Positions 22,370 to 34,537 of a DNA stretch of 64,000 nucleotides are shown one piece after another. Within the stretch, counting starts at the first letter, position 1. Each line of letters starts with the position of its first letter. Source of the DNA: Selaginella moellendorffii (lineage: Eukaryota > Plantae > Lycopodiophyta); NCBI RefSeq assembly GCF_000143415.4, contig NW_003314264.1:3523229-3587228 (forward strand). The letters run 5' to 3'. Both the position numbers and the translations under genes were made by a program. The notes under the pieces were generated by a model that was not told the DNA's origin, searched no databases, and saw only the letters and a list, made by a program, of their open reading frames with translations.

Positions 22370-25020
22370 TTTGTGACAAAGCTTGATGAGGGTAATCATT
22401 TCTACATCGATTATTATTTATTAAATAAAGTAACAATCTTGGATATGTACACTCTTCCTCACACTACTAATATTTTGGATCATTTGGGGAGAAGCCGTTG
22501 GTTCACCAAGTTAGATCTTGCTTCTGGGTATTGGCAAGTATTGATGGCCGAAGAAAATATTCCTAAAACTATTTTTGGTACACCATTTGGTTTGTATGAA
22601 TTCTTAGTGATGCTATTTAGTTTAAACAATGCTTTAGCAACTTTCTAGCAGATGATAAATAAAGTTCTTTGCGATATTTCAGAAATGACTGCTAACTTCA
22701 TTGATGATGTCTTGATCCACTCAAAGGAGATGTGGGAGGAACAAATTTGTGATGTTCATAAAGTGTTGGATCAACTATGGGAAGTTGGTTTAAAGTTGAA
22801 ATAGTTAAAGTGTGTGTTTAGGTTTAAAGACACAACTTATCTTATATTTCTCATGAGGGTTTGTAAGTTGATCTTGACAAATTTGTGGCTATTCTAAAGC
22901 TCCCTACTTCAAAGTGTGTGAATGATGTGCAATGCTTCTTAGGCAATATGCAGTATTTTAGTCGTTCTGTTGATCATCTTTTTTATTTCATTGCATTATT
23001 GCGAATGTTGCTAAAGTTGTCAATATCATCTTTCATTTGGTCTATAGACTATAAGCAGGTGTTTACAGATCTCAAAGCGTTGTTGACGACTCTTATAATT
23101 TTAACATATCTTGACTACACTCAACCTTTCATTTTGCATATGGATGTTTTTAATATTGGTTTTGGAGATGTGTTGATGCAAGAGAGCCTGAGGGTGCTTG
23201 GTCAGCACCATCCTATTATATATATCAGCCGTACATTACAACTAGTAGAGTTAAACTATTCCACAATAGAGGAGTGTTTAGCAGTAGTTTGGGGTTTTGA
23301 GAAACTTCATCCATATCTATATAGTTTTTAAACGTTATTAAAAGATGATCATACTGCAATCAATTCATTATTGAAATGGAAGAACTTGGTTAATCGTACT
23401 GCTTGGTGGGCTTTGAAGCTTTAGATATATGATTTTGATGTTGTTCATTGTTTGGGGAGTTCTATGGCTAATGTTAATGCCCTTTCTCAAGCTCCTCTTC
23501 CTTCTTCGCTCTCTTTTCATATTTTTAATGATCCTATTATTTTAACATTTGTGGATTTTTTAAATGAGAATTCTATGCTATCACCGATTGTTGTACTTGA
23601 TGTCTAGTATCCACAAGATGTAAAGCAAGATTTACTTTCCCTTGATGAAATTTGTGAGGCTCAAAAGATTGAGGTGTGGATTTGAAGACTTCGCGATAGG
23701 TTTATGAATCTTGCATCACTTATTGATGATTTGCTATTTCGGCATTTACATTCTCAATATTATTTTGAGAATAGTTTTTTTTATTTTCTAGGTATGGATT
23801 TTGATGATCATTTAGGGTTAGTGGTGCTTACAATCTTTATTCCACGCTTTTTCCATACCTACCATAATTCTCTTATTCTATGTGGGTATATAGGACATTG
23901 TCACATGACCAAGAAGTTATGTAAGTCTTTTTATTTGTAATGCATGTGATCATGGGATGAGATTTGAATATACTGTCATCTATCTGATCTGTGCATAGCT
24001 GTGTTTAGTGCAAAGCTCATAATACTCCCCCTCATACTGTGGAAGGATAGTTAGAGTTAATTGTAGTTTCCTATCTATTTGAGTTGGTGGCATTTGATTT
24101 TATAAGACATTTTCTACGATCAATTATTGGCAATGAGTATGTCATTATTGCTTCTGATTACTTAACTCACTGGGTGAAAGTTGGTGCTCTTGCTAGTGCA
24201 TTTGCAACTTCCTCAATTGAGTGGTGTTCCGGCATTCCTATCTGGAGTGGATTTTTTCAGATAATGGTCTTGTATTTATAAATAAGGCATTTCATATTTT
24301 GACATCTAGATTGAGGATACACCACATTTTCACGAGTGCTTATCATCCACAGTCAGACAGTTTAGTGGAATGAATCATTTGGACCTTCAAAGGGATGATC
24401 GTGAAGTATATGAACTTTTAACATTTGGATTAAGATGGTTATTTGCTATCTTTTCAATATGCGTATGTCATAAGGGTGTAAAGTTCTATTAATGTTTCAC
24501 CATATAAACTCCTATATAATTATGATCCAATATTATCAATGGAATTAGGTTTACTTTCGCAATTGCCGTAGGTTGCCAATACTAATGAGTATTCTTCCAC
24601 TTGTCTGAGTAAAATCTACCACACATCTAAGCCATGTACAAGTGGGACAACAACAATGCTACAACTCCCATCATTGTCCACCTACAAAGTACAAAATGAA
24701 TTTCTTGGTGTTAATCCGTTTTCTCCATCTTATAGTACATGGTTTATCTAAAGGGCTTTTTGCTTAGTAGAAAGGTCTATATCAGGTGTTGTAACAAGTT
24801 GAACTGCAAGTTTATGAAGTTCGACATGACATCTAGCAAGTCGATCCTCCAAAAATTGTGTATATACAATGGCTGAAACACTTTATACAAAGGGATCAAG
24901 AACATTTAATACCACCTACAGATCCACCGATGCCTCCTCTTGATATTCCTTCAAATCTTGACCCATCCACGAAAGAACTTTAATAATTTTCTATCATTCC
25001 GAAAGGAAGGGATGATATGA
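22370..25020 (+). pseudogene. Decayed Ty3/gypsy pol (RT, RNase H, integrase)
   Basis: WFTKLDLASGYWQV, FGLYEFLVM, FIDDVLIHS, NYSTIEECLAVVW and SAYHPQSDSLVE, with many stops. Purine tract near 25001-25013. Confidence 0.85.
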
Positions 25021-25611
25021 GTCCAAATGTATAACTATAATGCTATATACTAATATTAATGTAGTGAGATTTTGGTAACTATCGAATTAGTTTCACTCTA
25101 GACCATTCACTCTTGTATATAAACTAAAGTTTTTTAGGCTAATGGATATACACATTTCTTGTATTCTCTTTCCATATTCCATACACTCATATAACTTTTT
25201 GGCATAAAATTAAACTAATATAAATAAAAGTAACTATTCTTCTTGACAAGTTCTAGATGTCCATCTTAGAAGCTCACCACTGCCCATATTGATACCAGAA
25301 TGCTGTCTATAAGAGTTTCTTAGGCTTTACTAGATCCAGGTTTGCAATTGCTAGCAAAAAGTTCCAACCTGGAAAAAAGAGTTATTCCATCTAAGAAAAG
25401 GAGAGAGAAATATATAATTCCTTTACATTGCTCAGATCACCAGGAGCCATCTGAGTTTGCGGTCCTCGGCCCAAAATTCGCAATGCTCAATGGATGATGG
25501 GCCGTTGATGAATCTCTGCCTTTAAAAGTGAAAAAATTTGAAATCAACACGTGGCAATATATGGCGCGGCCGCGTAGAAGGGAAGAGCCCTAAAAGGAGT
25601 TTCCTCAATAT

Positions 25612-26502
25612 ATGGAGCAGCCAGAGAGCAGACACCGCGAGGACGTGAATGCGCTGGATCCGCTCATCCTGGGCGGGATCATCCCGGACGTGGTGGACGA
25701 TTTCGTGCCGTGCTGCGAGATGGCGGTATACTACGGTAAGGATCAGGTCACAAACGGGTGCGAGCTCGCACCATTTGCCACAAGTTCGCCCCCAAACGTG
25801 CAGATCGCCGGGAACTTCGATGATGGCTCTCTCTTCACGCTGGTAAAGCTCCCTTCCTCGCTCTTTCTCGCGATTCTTCTAGGCCTGGGTATAGTCGCAT
25901 TCTTTGCTGGAAATTTTTCTAAAAGAGATCGTGCTTCTCTATTCAGGTGATGACGGATCCTGATGCTCCAAGTCCGGCTGAGCCATCACTGGGGGAATAT
26001 CTTCACTGGTAAGCAGCAGCAAAGCAGCGCGGCTTTATGCCAGAATCATCACTTCCACTAAAACGAAGAGCCGTAGAAAACACTAGAAAGAAAAATCTCA
26101 CGCTTTCCTTGGTAGGCTGGTGACTGATATTCCCGGAGGAACAGATCCAAGCAAAGGTAAGCCGCATTTCTTTCCTCCATGCGCGAGCGAGAAAATAAAA
26201 TCTACACAAAAGAGAGTGATAGTTTTTCTCGACGGGCAACTACTATTTGAGCGCACTAATGCATTCGTTGCTTTGGTCTGTGTTCCTCGTTGACAGGGAA
26301 AGGGGTGCTGCCATATGAGAGACCAAAGCCACCAGCAGGCACGCACAGGTACACGTTTTGTTTATTCAAGCAAAGCAGGCCCATGATGGCACTCGCGCCC
26401 GTCATCCGGAGCAACTTTAGCACCAAATGCTTCGCTCAAGAGCACGGCCTGGGCCTCGCAGTCGCAGCGCTGTATTTCAAAGCACAAGGCATGGAGCCAT
26501 AA
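25612..26502 (+). CDS. MFT: PEBP family protein, MFT-like; exons 25612-25842, 25947-26008, 26116-26156, 26297-26502
   Basis: DPDAPSP, HWLVTDIPGG and GTHRY motifs. Family-diagnostic 62-bp and 41-bp internal exons with GT-AG borders. Confidence 0.9.
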
Positions 26503-27862
26503 CAACTTGTAAGTGTCTACATGAACAGTGTAAGTTGCAAGCTTGTCTCCCAAAGTTTTCTTTTTTTTACTAAGTTTTTCGTGCTCTTTTGCCCGACGAG
26601 CTACTGTGTGTGTCGATCCAGCTGGTGCTTGACGATTTACAGCGCACGCAGGAAAGCTCGAGCTTATCCGCAGTTTTGTTCCAGGAGAGGATTCAGGGAG
26701 CTCTCTTACCAATAAGTAACGAGGACGAAAAAGTGAAAGAAGTTTGGCTTTGGGTGGTAGCAGTAAAGCCGGGGGTCTCTTTTCGCAGCTCTCAGCCTCG
26801 GAGAGGAACTTGTTCCTGATCATGTCTTGCTACTCCAACTTGTTTCTGCGCGGAAGCTGCTGCGCAGAGATTTGATCCAGCACGCAGAATGCGACTTACA
26901 TTGTACACTGACAGGATTTTGCTTTTTCGACATCAAATCGCGCGGGACGAGCTAGCTATTCTTCTGCTACTTCGTCGTATTTGCTACTACAAGAGCACGA
27001 CGGATCACTGTTTGGATCACTATTCAGAGAGGGGAAAAATGCAATTTTCCTGTTGTTTGTGCGATTATTAAGTTTGGATAGAGCTTCCACTCTTTTGTCT
27101 CGCAGATCTTAGACCAGTTGGTAAAGCTTACACACTTTTTATAAGCGTCTGGATAGAACTGTATGTACATACATTTATGGTCGCTGGCCAGAAAAGAACA
27201 CGCCAGCTAAAGAGAAGGGGATAGAGATTGACAAAAAGCACTCACCCCTTAAAAAAAAAAAAAAAAGAAGGAAGAAAAGGACTATGGCGGCTACTGCTAC
27301 TACCGCTACTTTTGCCTGGCAAAACACTACTCGCTCTAACAGGAAGGACGGGAGATCCATCACCAAGTTGGCCTTTAACAAAACAAAGCCTTCTTCCTGG
27401 TGGGAGGGACTCTCCATAGCTACGCTCCACTCTAACCATGCCTGTCTAGAGAACAAACACTACTTCCTAGTGCACTGCAAGCAAAGCAAAGGATTGCTTT
27501 GCTCGGAGAGCTTTTCCACTCTCCTGCTTACTTACTACTCTATACGGAAGGAAAGGTACCGGAAAGGAAAAAAACGGAGGAAAAAAGAGAAGACTCGACG
27601 TAGGGATGACTCCTGCTCCTCTAGCTACCTATGTAGTATTTACATAGTAGCGTAAACGTAATGCTCACCTCGGAGGAGATCCCCGCTGGTTGCGATCGGG
27701 ATCTCAGACTCACCATTGTTGGAACTTTGGAACTTTTGAGAGTGGTGGTAACCAGCCAGCAGCAGCAGCAGCAGCGCTCTCTCTAGTTGTTGCTCCAGAG
27801 GATCACTCGTATCCTCGTGTCCTGTTGTTGACGTTGTTTTGTTAGTTGTATCCTCCTCGATA

Positions 27863-29725
27863 CTAGTTGCTGGCTTTCCACAGCCCCGGTCTAGTAGTAC
27901 TGTGCGTCGTCGTACTGGTAGTAGTAGTAGTAGTAGTAGTAGTAGTGACTTTGCTAGAGTGGCTCTTCTCGGCAGCCAAGAGCAGCAGCAGCTGTTCGTT
28001 GCTCAGAAGGGACGGCGGAGGACGATGAACATCCCAGGAGAGATCCTCAAGCTCGATGTTTGGAGCGTTCGTGAGCAGATTATCAATGTCCGCCCACACG
28101 TTGCCACCACTGGCGGTGGCGGCGACGGAGCTATTCACCAGTGATCCGGCCCCCGGCGATAATAATTCTTCGCTACACACCACAGACGCGAGAGCTTTTT
28201 CTCCTCTAGAGCCCGCGAGCTCGAGGAGAGAGCCTGCGTCGGTGGTAGTGGTGGTTGTTGAAAAATTATCGGGGGTAGCCATCGCACGGTGATAGCAGCT
28301 GTCGCCATCGCCAGTAGTAGTACTCGTTGGGGAGACGCAAGGAGCGCTTGCGTAGCCGGCTCCTGTTCTTGCCGTCGCTGTTCTTGGTGATGTTGCTGTA
28401 GCTAGCACCTCCTTGTTGACTGGAATCGCTTCCACGAGGTCCTCCTCCGCTACGTCCTTCTGAGCCTTAACTTTAGCCGCTGCTGTCGTTGGTTTGGATG
28501 CATCCAGCTTCGATGCAGTCTGCTGAGAAATCGCCTGTAGTTTCGCTTCTAGAGTCGATTGAAACGTCGTACTACTTCCTCCTCCTCCTCCTCCTCCTCC
28601 TTGATCTTGTCCACTCCACCCGGACTTACTTGCTTCTTGCTGCTGTGCACGATATATATGTTGAATCTGTGGAAAGTTGAGGCGTGCATACTCGCCTCTC
28701 AACTTGTAAGCTGCCTGGTCATACGCGTAGGCTGCGTCTTCGGCCGTGTCAAACGTTCCTAGCCAGAGCCTGGTTCGGTTCCTCGGCAGGCGGATCTCCG
28801 CCACCCACTTGCCCCAGTGCCGCTGCCTCACTCCTCTATACAGCTTCGAGGGCCCGACTCCAAGCCTGCGATCCTTGCTTACGTGCTTCATGGACTGGCC
28901 CCTCGGGCTCAGGTTCAAAGTCTCACTCCAGTATCTAAGCTGCTGCTGCTGCTGTTGCTGATGGTTTAGTAGCTGGGAGTTTTTCCGATCAGCTGCTTGG
29001 TGGTGGTGCTGTTGTTGTTGCTGCTGCTGCTGTTGATGTGTCTGCTGTTGATGAAATAAGACGTGATTCTGTCTTTGATGCATGAGTAGCATCTGTTGTT
29101 GTTCCCAAGCTCGAATCTGCTCGAGCTGTGACGCTGCTTCCTCATGGATCGCTTGCGTCATGAAAAGTGGAGCTCGAGCGATGCTCTCGGGATACCAAGG
29201 CGGAACCTCCGGTGCTCCAGACGTGGACGTCGGTGACAAGACCATTGTTGGCCCGCTCGCTCCAACGAAATGATCGCAAGCGGCCGCCGGAAGAGGAACC
29301 TGCTGGTGTGGGACGGGCCAGACGCCAGCCCCACCCGCGATTCCAACGTTTCCGGCTTGAGCTCTCGAGGGAGACGGTGTCGTGGATCCCCCAGTGGAGG
29401 TGTCGAACACGTCGCCACTGCTCGAGGAGCTAGCTCCAACATTAAGCTGATGATGATGGTGGTGATAGAGTGGCGGCGACGGCTGTTGTTGTTGGTAACC
29501 GTGGAACCCCTCAGCAACATAGCCGGCTCCTTCTTCTTCGTAGGACGAGGAACTTGACGACGAGTCGGAGCTGTCCGGAAGCTCCAATCGTGCTAGAGCT
29601 TCCACATTGTCAAAGTGCTCCAACGTTCTCGCGAGGTCCCCGTCGAACGCAAACTCTCGGTCGAATCTAGCTGCGATGGGTAACTCGGCGGTAGCTGTTG
29701 CCATGCTCGCGGAATTTCTTGCCAT
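27863..29725 (-). CDS. AP2/ERF transcription factor (group I / DREB A-6, RAP2.4-like), single exon, poly-Q/poly-T rich
   Basis: [59 protein letters not shown]. Confidence 0.92.
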   Translation of the reverse strand: MARNSASMATATAELPIAARFDREFAFDGDLARTLEHFDNVEALARLELPDSSDSSSSSSSYEEEGAGYVAEGFHGYQQQQPSPPLYHHHHHQLNVGASSSSSGDVFDTSTGGSTTPSPSRAQAGNVGIAGGAGVWPVPHQQVPLPAAACDHFVGASGPTMVLSPTSTSGAPEVPPWYPESIARAPLFMTQAIHEEAASQLEQIRAWEQQQMLLMHQRQNHVLFHQQQTHQQQQQQQQQHHHQAADRKNSQLLNHQQQQQQQLRYWSETLNLSPRGQSMKHVSKDRRLGVGPSKLYRGVRQRHWGKWVAEIRLPRNRTRLWLGTFDTAEDAAYAYDQAAYKLRGEYARLNFPQIQHIYRAQQQEASKSGWSGQDQGGGGGGGGSSTTFQSTLEAKLQAISQQTASKLDASKPTTAAAKVKAQKDVAEEDLVEAIPVNKEVLATATSPRTATARTGAGYASAPCVSPTSTTTGDGDSCYHRAMATPDNFSTTTTTTDAGSLLELAGSRGEKALASVVCSEELLSPGAGSLVNSSVAATASGGNVWADIDNLLTNAPNIELEDLSWDVHRPPPSLLSNEQLLLLLAAEKSHSSKVTTTTTTTTTTSTTTHSTTRPGLWKASN

Positions 29726-31686
29726 ACACTACGCTGCCAACTGGATTTGTACGTTGGCTGATGATCTAAGTTTGGTTCTTCTGTGGCGACTGGCTTACTT
29801 GCGAAGCAAAGAAGAAGATCTTCTAAGGGAAGGGGAAAGAAGGAAGGCTTGCGAGAAATGGAAGCAAAGAAGAGCTGCTTGAGAAGTATGGAGAGAAAAG
29901 AAGACGAGCCTTGAAGAACTATGGATTTTAGTAGAAGAAACGAGGAGATCCTGGCCTGGGATATAAGCAGGCACTCTACCAACTTGTAAGCTTGTGACTT
30001 GTACAAGGCAATGCAGCAAGAAGCGCAAGCAAATGAAGATGAGGTATATATGTGCGAGAGATCAGTGAGAAGTCGGGTGCTTTCCTTTTTTCTTTGCAGG
30101 ATCTAAGAAACGGAGCTAAGCACAAGGGATGGAGTCCAGAGGAAAGCGGAGAAAAGAAGCTCCTCTGATGGGAGGCTACGCAGGGGCTACTAGACTAATC
30201 AAAGACGAGCAAGGGAAAAAAAAGGGATGGAGGAGCTTTGATGCATCCAGGGACAGGAAAGAGAGCCTAGAGGTCAACAGAGCTACAAGGATTTTCAATA
30301 CGGAGGCTGCGAATTAGGAAGGGAGGAGGAAAAAGAGAGAAATCTCTCTCTTGGCTGGGTCACAGATTCTCACACCAAATGCAAGGATGGAAGAATGCCA
30401 TGGCAAGCATACAGACCTAAAACTCGTCGTCGACGCCGCGGGCGGTAGAATGCCTGCCAAGATCTCAGATAGGAAGCATGAAAGGGATCTGGAGATGCCA
30501 GGGAAGGAATTGGGAGTGTATTGTCAGTCGCCGCCACAGATCATTCCTCGAGCGCCGCCACAAAATCGCTCTCTCGCCGCCTTCTCTTCCTCTTCTTCTT
30601 CCGCTTCCACGAATTTCTGGCTATGGAGGAGATTGTATAAAAGCACCCCTTAACCTCGGAGGGTTTAATTGCCACGTCACCAAGTTAGTGACTAAGCCAC
30701 GATTTAGGTCAGTGCGTATCAGGACACCTGTCAGGCGGGAAGAGTGACGTGCCGGTGTGGCCGCCACCACCAACCGGTGTATACCGGTGGACATACATTG
30801 CGGGCGCCGATATGTTTACCGATGTGACAGTTTGGATTCTTGCGTATTGTCTGCTTGCTCACGTATAGCAATCCGCCGCGTGTCCTTTCTAGAAGTTGAC
30901 TCAATCGCGACATGACGCGTGTCCGCGGGATTAGCGCGGCTTGAGCACCTGTTCCGCAAGATAAGATCCATGTCTGGGACGGGACGGGGGAGATGGTGGG
31001 ACAGATGGCGCGCTCCCATTTGCGGGAGGACTTCCACAGGTACAGTTAGGGCGACTAGAAAGCACACGCAATGTGGTTGGGAACTGACGCGTGGCGATCA
31101 CTTTGTGTGGCTATGGTGGGAAGTTTATCTCAACGTCCATGCTATGGTTCCATTTAGTGTCGATCACGCGTTTCCATTTGCTATGGTGTTTTATATCATG
31201 TAGTTGACAAAATATGAGGCCATTAGAAGGTAAGAAGTTTGAGGCGTGTCCTTGTTTCTCTGCCACACACCCCAGGAGATGACAGCCAAATGGGGACAAA
31301 AGGCCGAGCTCTAGCGATGGCGACCCGAGAGGGTCAGGGGGAATGGAAGAAGGCTCATTGCACGATGGATGAATGATAGAGTCACAACACACACACACTA
31401 ATCGGGACAAACAGGAGAATTCTGGGCATAAACAAGCTAAAGTGTGTGTTTTTATATCAATGCCGTGAGAGGGAGTATTTTGTTTTAACAATGATCGATT
31501 AAAAGACTAGACGAAGAGTGGGACAAATCACATGCGTTGGAGGTATGTGCGATCGTGATCCGCCCGGAAACTTTTGCTAATCAGCGAGCACTGGAGATTG
31601 ATGTGATCGACATCGTGCTGGTACTAACTTACTGTGGATGGATCACTCTCTCCAGATAAAAAATGGTGATATTATCATACAAGGAA

Positions 31687-33804
31687 CTATCGATCAAGTC
31701 CGCCCAAGATCACTGGAGATTGATCGAGCTTGGTCTTGCGTCTCATCGCCTTCCGGATAACTAAAACGTCGTCTTTGCTGCCAGCCTCGGCATAGAGATG
31801 GGAGAGGAGTATGTAAGGAGACTCGGCATCCACGTCGGCCTGGACGAAGAAGCCGGCGGCTCGGTTACCTCGCCGTACATCGCCGTGGCTCCGGCAAGCG
31901 CCCAGCAGCGCCATCCAAGCCTCGTAGTTTGGCTCGAATGGCATCGAGTTGACGAGCTCCTCGGCCTCCACGAGTCTCCCACTCCGCGCGAGGAGATCCG
32001 TGAGGCAGACATAGTGATCGTAGATGGGAGTGAGGCCATAGTCGCGGGAGATCGAGTGGAAGTAGCCCCGAGCTCGGTGGAGGAGCCCGGCGTGGCTGCA
32101 GGCCGAGAGGACGTTCACGAAAGTTATGATGTCCGGGACGAGTCCCTCGAGCTCCATGGCGAGGAAGACGTCGAGCGCGGCCTCGCCGTGGCCGTTGCGA
32201 GCGAATGCCGTGAGCATTGCGTTCCAGGAGACCGAGTCCCGGACGGGCATCTGCTGAAACACGGACCAGGCGCCGGCGGCGAGGCCGGATCGACCATACA
32301 TGGTGAGCGCCGCGTTTCCCACCACGACGCTGTCCTGGAGGATCCCCGGGTGGACGATGCTGGCGATGAACGCGCTGCCTTCCTCGGCGTTCGCGATCCT
32401 GGAGCACGCATCGAAGATGGCGATGTATGTCACCGAGTCGGGGCTCACGCCGTGTAAGTCCATGAGCCGGAAGACGTCCATGGCCGACTTGGTATGCCCG
32501 TTTCGGGCATAGCCCGAGATCATGGCGTTCCACGAGACAACGGCACCTTGGGCGAAGGCGTGAGAGATGGTATCTTCGAGCACGGCTCTGGCGTCGTCCA
32601 CTCGACCACTCTGTGAATATGCCGCAATCATGGAGCTGGAGGAGACTGGGTCGCGGTGGTGGATTTTGTCAAAAGCTTGCCTTGCGTCTTCCAGGGAACC
32701 ATTGACGGCGTGGGCTTGGATAATGACGTTGAGAGAGATTTGGTTGTGGCTGGGCATTCGTTGAAAGGCGAGCTTGACGCTTGCGAGACTGGCGTTGTGC
32801 GTAAGCGCTTGGAGAAGTGTGTTCCAGGAGACTATGTCTCTCTGGGGGCTGACGGTGAAAAGCACTTTAGCTTCCTCGAGAAGCCCCTTGGATGAAAAGA
32901 GCTGGATCATGGCGTTCCAGGTGAAGAGATCGCGGTGAGGCATGGTCTGGAAGAGAGCTTTCGCGTGATCAAAATGACCACCCGAGGCGTACGCTTGGAT
33001 CATCGAGTTCCAAGACGCGACGCTTCTGTGCGGCATGATATCGAAGGCCGTCTTGGCGACTTGGAAGCCTGTACTGCTGGAGAACGCAGCGATGAAAACG
33101 TTCCAGAGAACAGAATCTCTCTCGAGCATGGAGTCGAAGAGTGACTTTACGTGAGAAACATGGCCTTTGGCAGCAAATGCTTGCATCATAATCGTTCCGG
33201 CCATGAGACTGATTTCTGGAAGATTGTCAAACACTTCCTGGCAACCGTCAAGGTTAGACATATCGGCGTACGAATTCATCAACGTTGTCCAGGAGATAAC
33301 GTCGCGGGAAGGCATTTGATCAAAAAGACCTTTAGCAACGTCAAGATGCCAGGCTTGGGCATTTGCCTGAATCATAACATTCCATGCAGCAGTGTTTGGC
33401 TCAGGCATCAAGTGAAACAACTCTTTTGCTTCTTCCAGTTTTCCCTTCTGTGAGAAAAATGCAATGATCGAATTCCAGGCAACGACATCTCGACTCGGCA
33501 TTCTCTCAAACGCTATCTTTGCCGACTCCAGATGCCCGTTGTGGGCATATGCACTAAGCAGAATGTTCCACGAAAACTTATTGCGTCGAGCGAGGCGATC
33601 GAACGCTGAATGGGCGTGGATCGCACTTCCACAGCTGCCATACATTTGCACGACGAGATTGCCCAAGTAGAGATTGCCTTGGAGAGAGACATCGCTGAGG
33701 ACCTGGTCGTGGAGACGATGTGCCTGTGGCAACGATTTGCACTGCCGGAGGAGAGAGGCGATCGATTTCTCGTCGGAAATGTGGCTGATGGATCGCGCAA
33801 ACAT
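31687..33804 (-). CDS. PLS-class PPR protein with E domain (candidate organellar RNA-editing factor)
   Basis: 705-aa ORF with tandem 31-aa motifs, TFVNVLSACSHAG, HYVCLTDLLARSG and WMALLGACRSHGD. No DYW domain. Confidence 0.9.
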   Translation of the reverse strand: MFARSISHISDEKSIASLLRQCKSLPQAHRLHDQVLSDVSLQGNLYLGNLVVQMYGSCGSAIHAHSAFDRLARRNKFSWNILLSAYAHNGHLESAKIAFERMPSRDVVAWNSIIAFFSQKGKLEEAKELFHLMPEPNTAAWNVMIQANAQAWHLDVAKGLFDQMPSRDVISWTTLMNSYADMSNLDGCQEVFDNLPEISLMAGTIMMQAFAAKGHVSHVKSLFDSMLERDSVLWNVFIAAFSSSTGFQVAKTAFDIMPHRSVASWNSMIQAYASGGHFDHAKALFQTMPHRDLFTWNAMIQLFSSKGLLEEAKVLFTVSPQRDIVSWNTLLQALTHNASLASVKLAFQRMPSHNQISLNVIIQAHAVNGSLEDARQAFDKIHHRDPVSSSSMIAAYSQSGRVDDARAVLEDTISHAFAQGAVVSWNAMISGYARNGHTKSAMDVFRLMDLHGVSPDSVTYIAIFDACSRIANAEEGSAFIASIVHPGILQDSVVVGNAALTMYGRSGLAAGAWSVFQQMPVRDSVSWNAMLTAFARNGHGEAALDVFLAMELEGLVPDIITFVNVLSACSHAGLLHRARGYFHSISRDYGLTPIYDHYVCLTDLLARSGRLVEAEELVNSMPFEPNYEAWMALLGACRSHGDVRRGNRAAGFFVQADVDAESPYILLSHLYAEAGSKDDVLVIRKAMRRKTKLDQSPVILGGLDR

Positions 33805-33882
33805 AACCCAAACCCACGATTCATGGAGTTCTTCATCGCCTTCTCATGGAAAAACCGCAAAGAGGGTTTTTTCTGATGCTTG

Positions 33883-34518
33883 ATGGCTGTGGCGGCGATG
33901 ATCGGTGGTGGCGGTATCGGGAGAGCACGACTCCCAGCTTTCCACCGTGATGGGCGCTTTGCTTTCGATCCATCCTCTCCCCAGGTACTACTTATCTTAA
34001 GAGTAAGCACAACACGATCGATCTATCAGCGAGTGATCAAGCTTTGCCGCTTCTCTTAGTTTGCTCGAGGGCGACTGACGATCCGGAACGCGCGCGTCGC
34101 GAATGTGGAGATCCCAAACAACAAGCGCATCGAGACATCGCTCCAGTACATCCACGGCATCGGCCAGACAACCGCCAGGCAAGTTCTTCTTGACGCTGGG
34201 ATTCTAAACAAGAAAACGCAAGAGCTGTCCGAGGAGGAGCTCTCCAAGATCCGCGACGAAGTTGGCAAGTATATGATCGAAGGAGACCTTGTGAGCTTTC
34301 TTTCTTTCTTTTTGCCTTCTCTGGAGGTTGATCGATCAAAACTCTTGCAGCGGCGATTCAACCAGCTCAACATCCAGCGTTTGATCGATATCAAGTGCTA
34401 TCGGGGGTTGCGACACCTTGCCGGATTGCCAGTCCGAGGCCAAAGAACACGAAACAACTGCCGGACTCGCAAAGGCAAGAGGAGAACCATAGCTGGCAAG
34501 AAGAAACCCACGAGATAA
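33883..34518 (+). CDS. RPS13: Nucleus-encoded organellar (probably plastid) ribosomal protein S13; exons 33883-33984, 34060-34290, 34351-34518
   Basis: [25 protein letters not shown]...[27 protein letters not shown]-terminal extension and two GT-AG introns. Confidence 0.9.
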
Positions 34519-34537
34519 GTTTGTGTTCAAGATGCAA

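Noticed and set aside
31761-32533. Long overlapping or antisense ORFs in PPR, gag-pol and vWA genes
   Set aside because: Expected shadows of GC-rich coding sequence, with no independent motifs.
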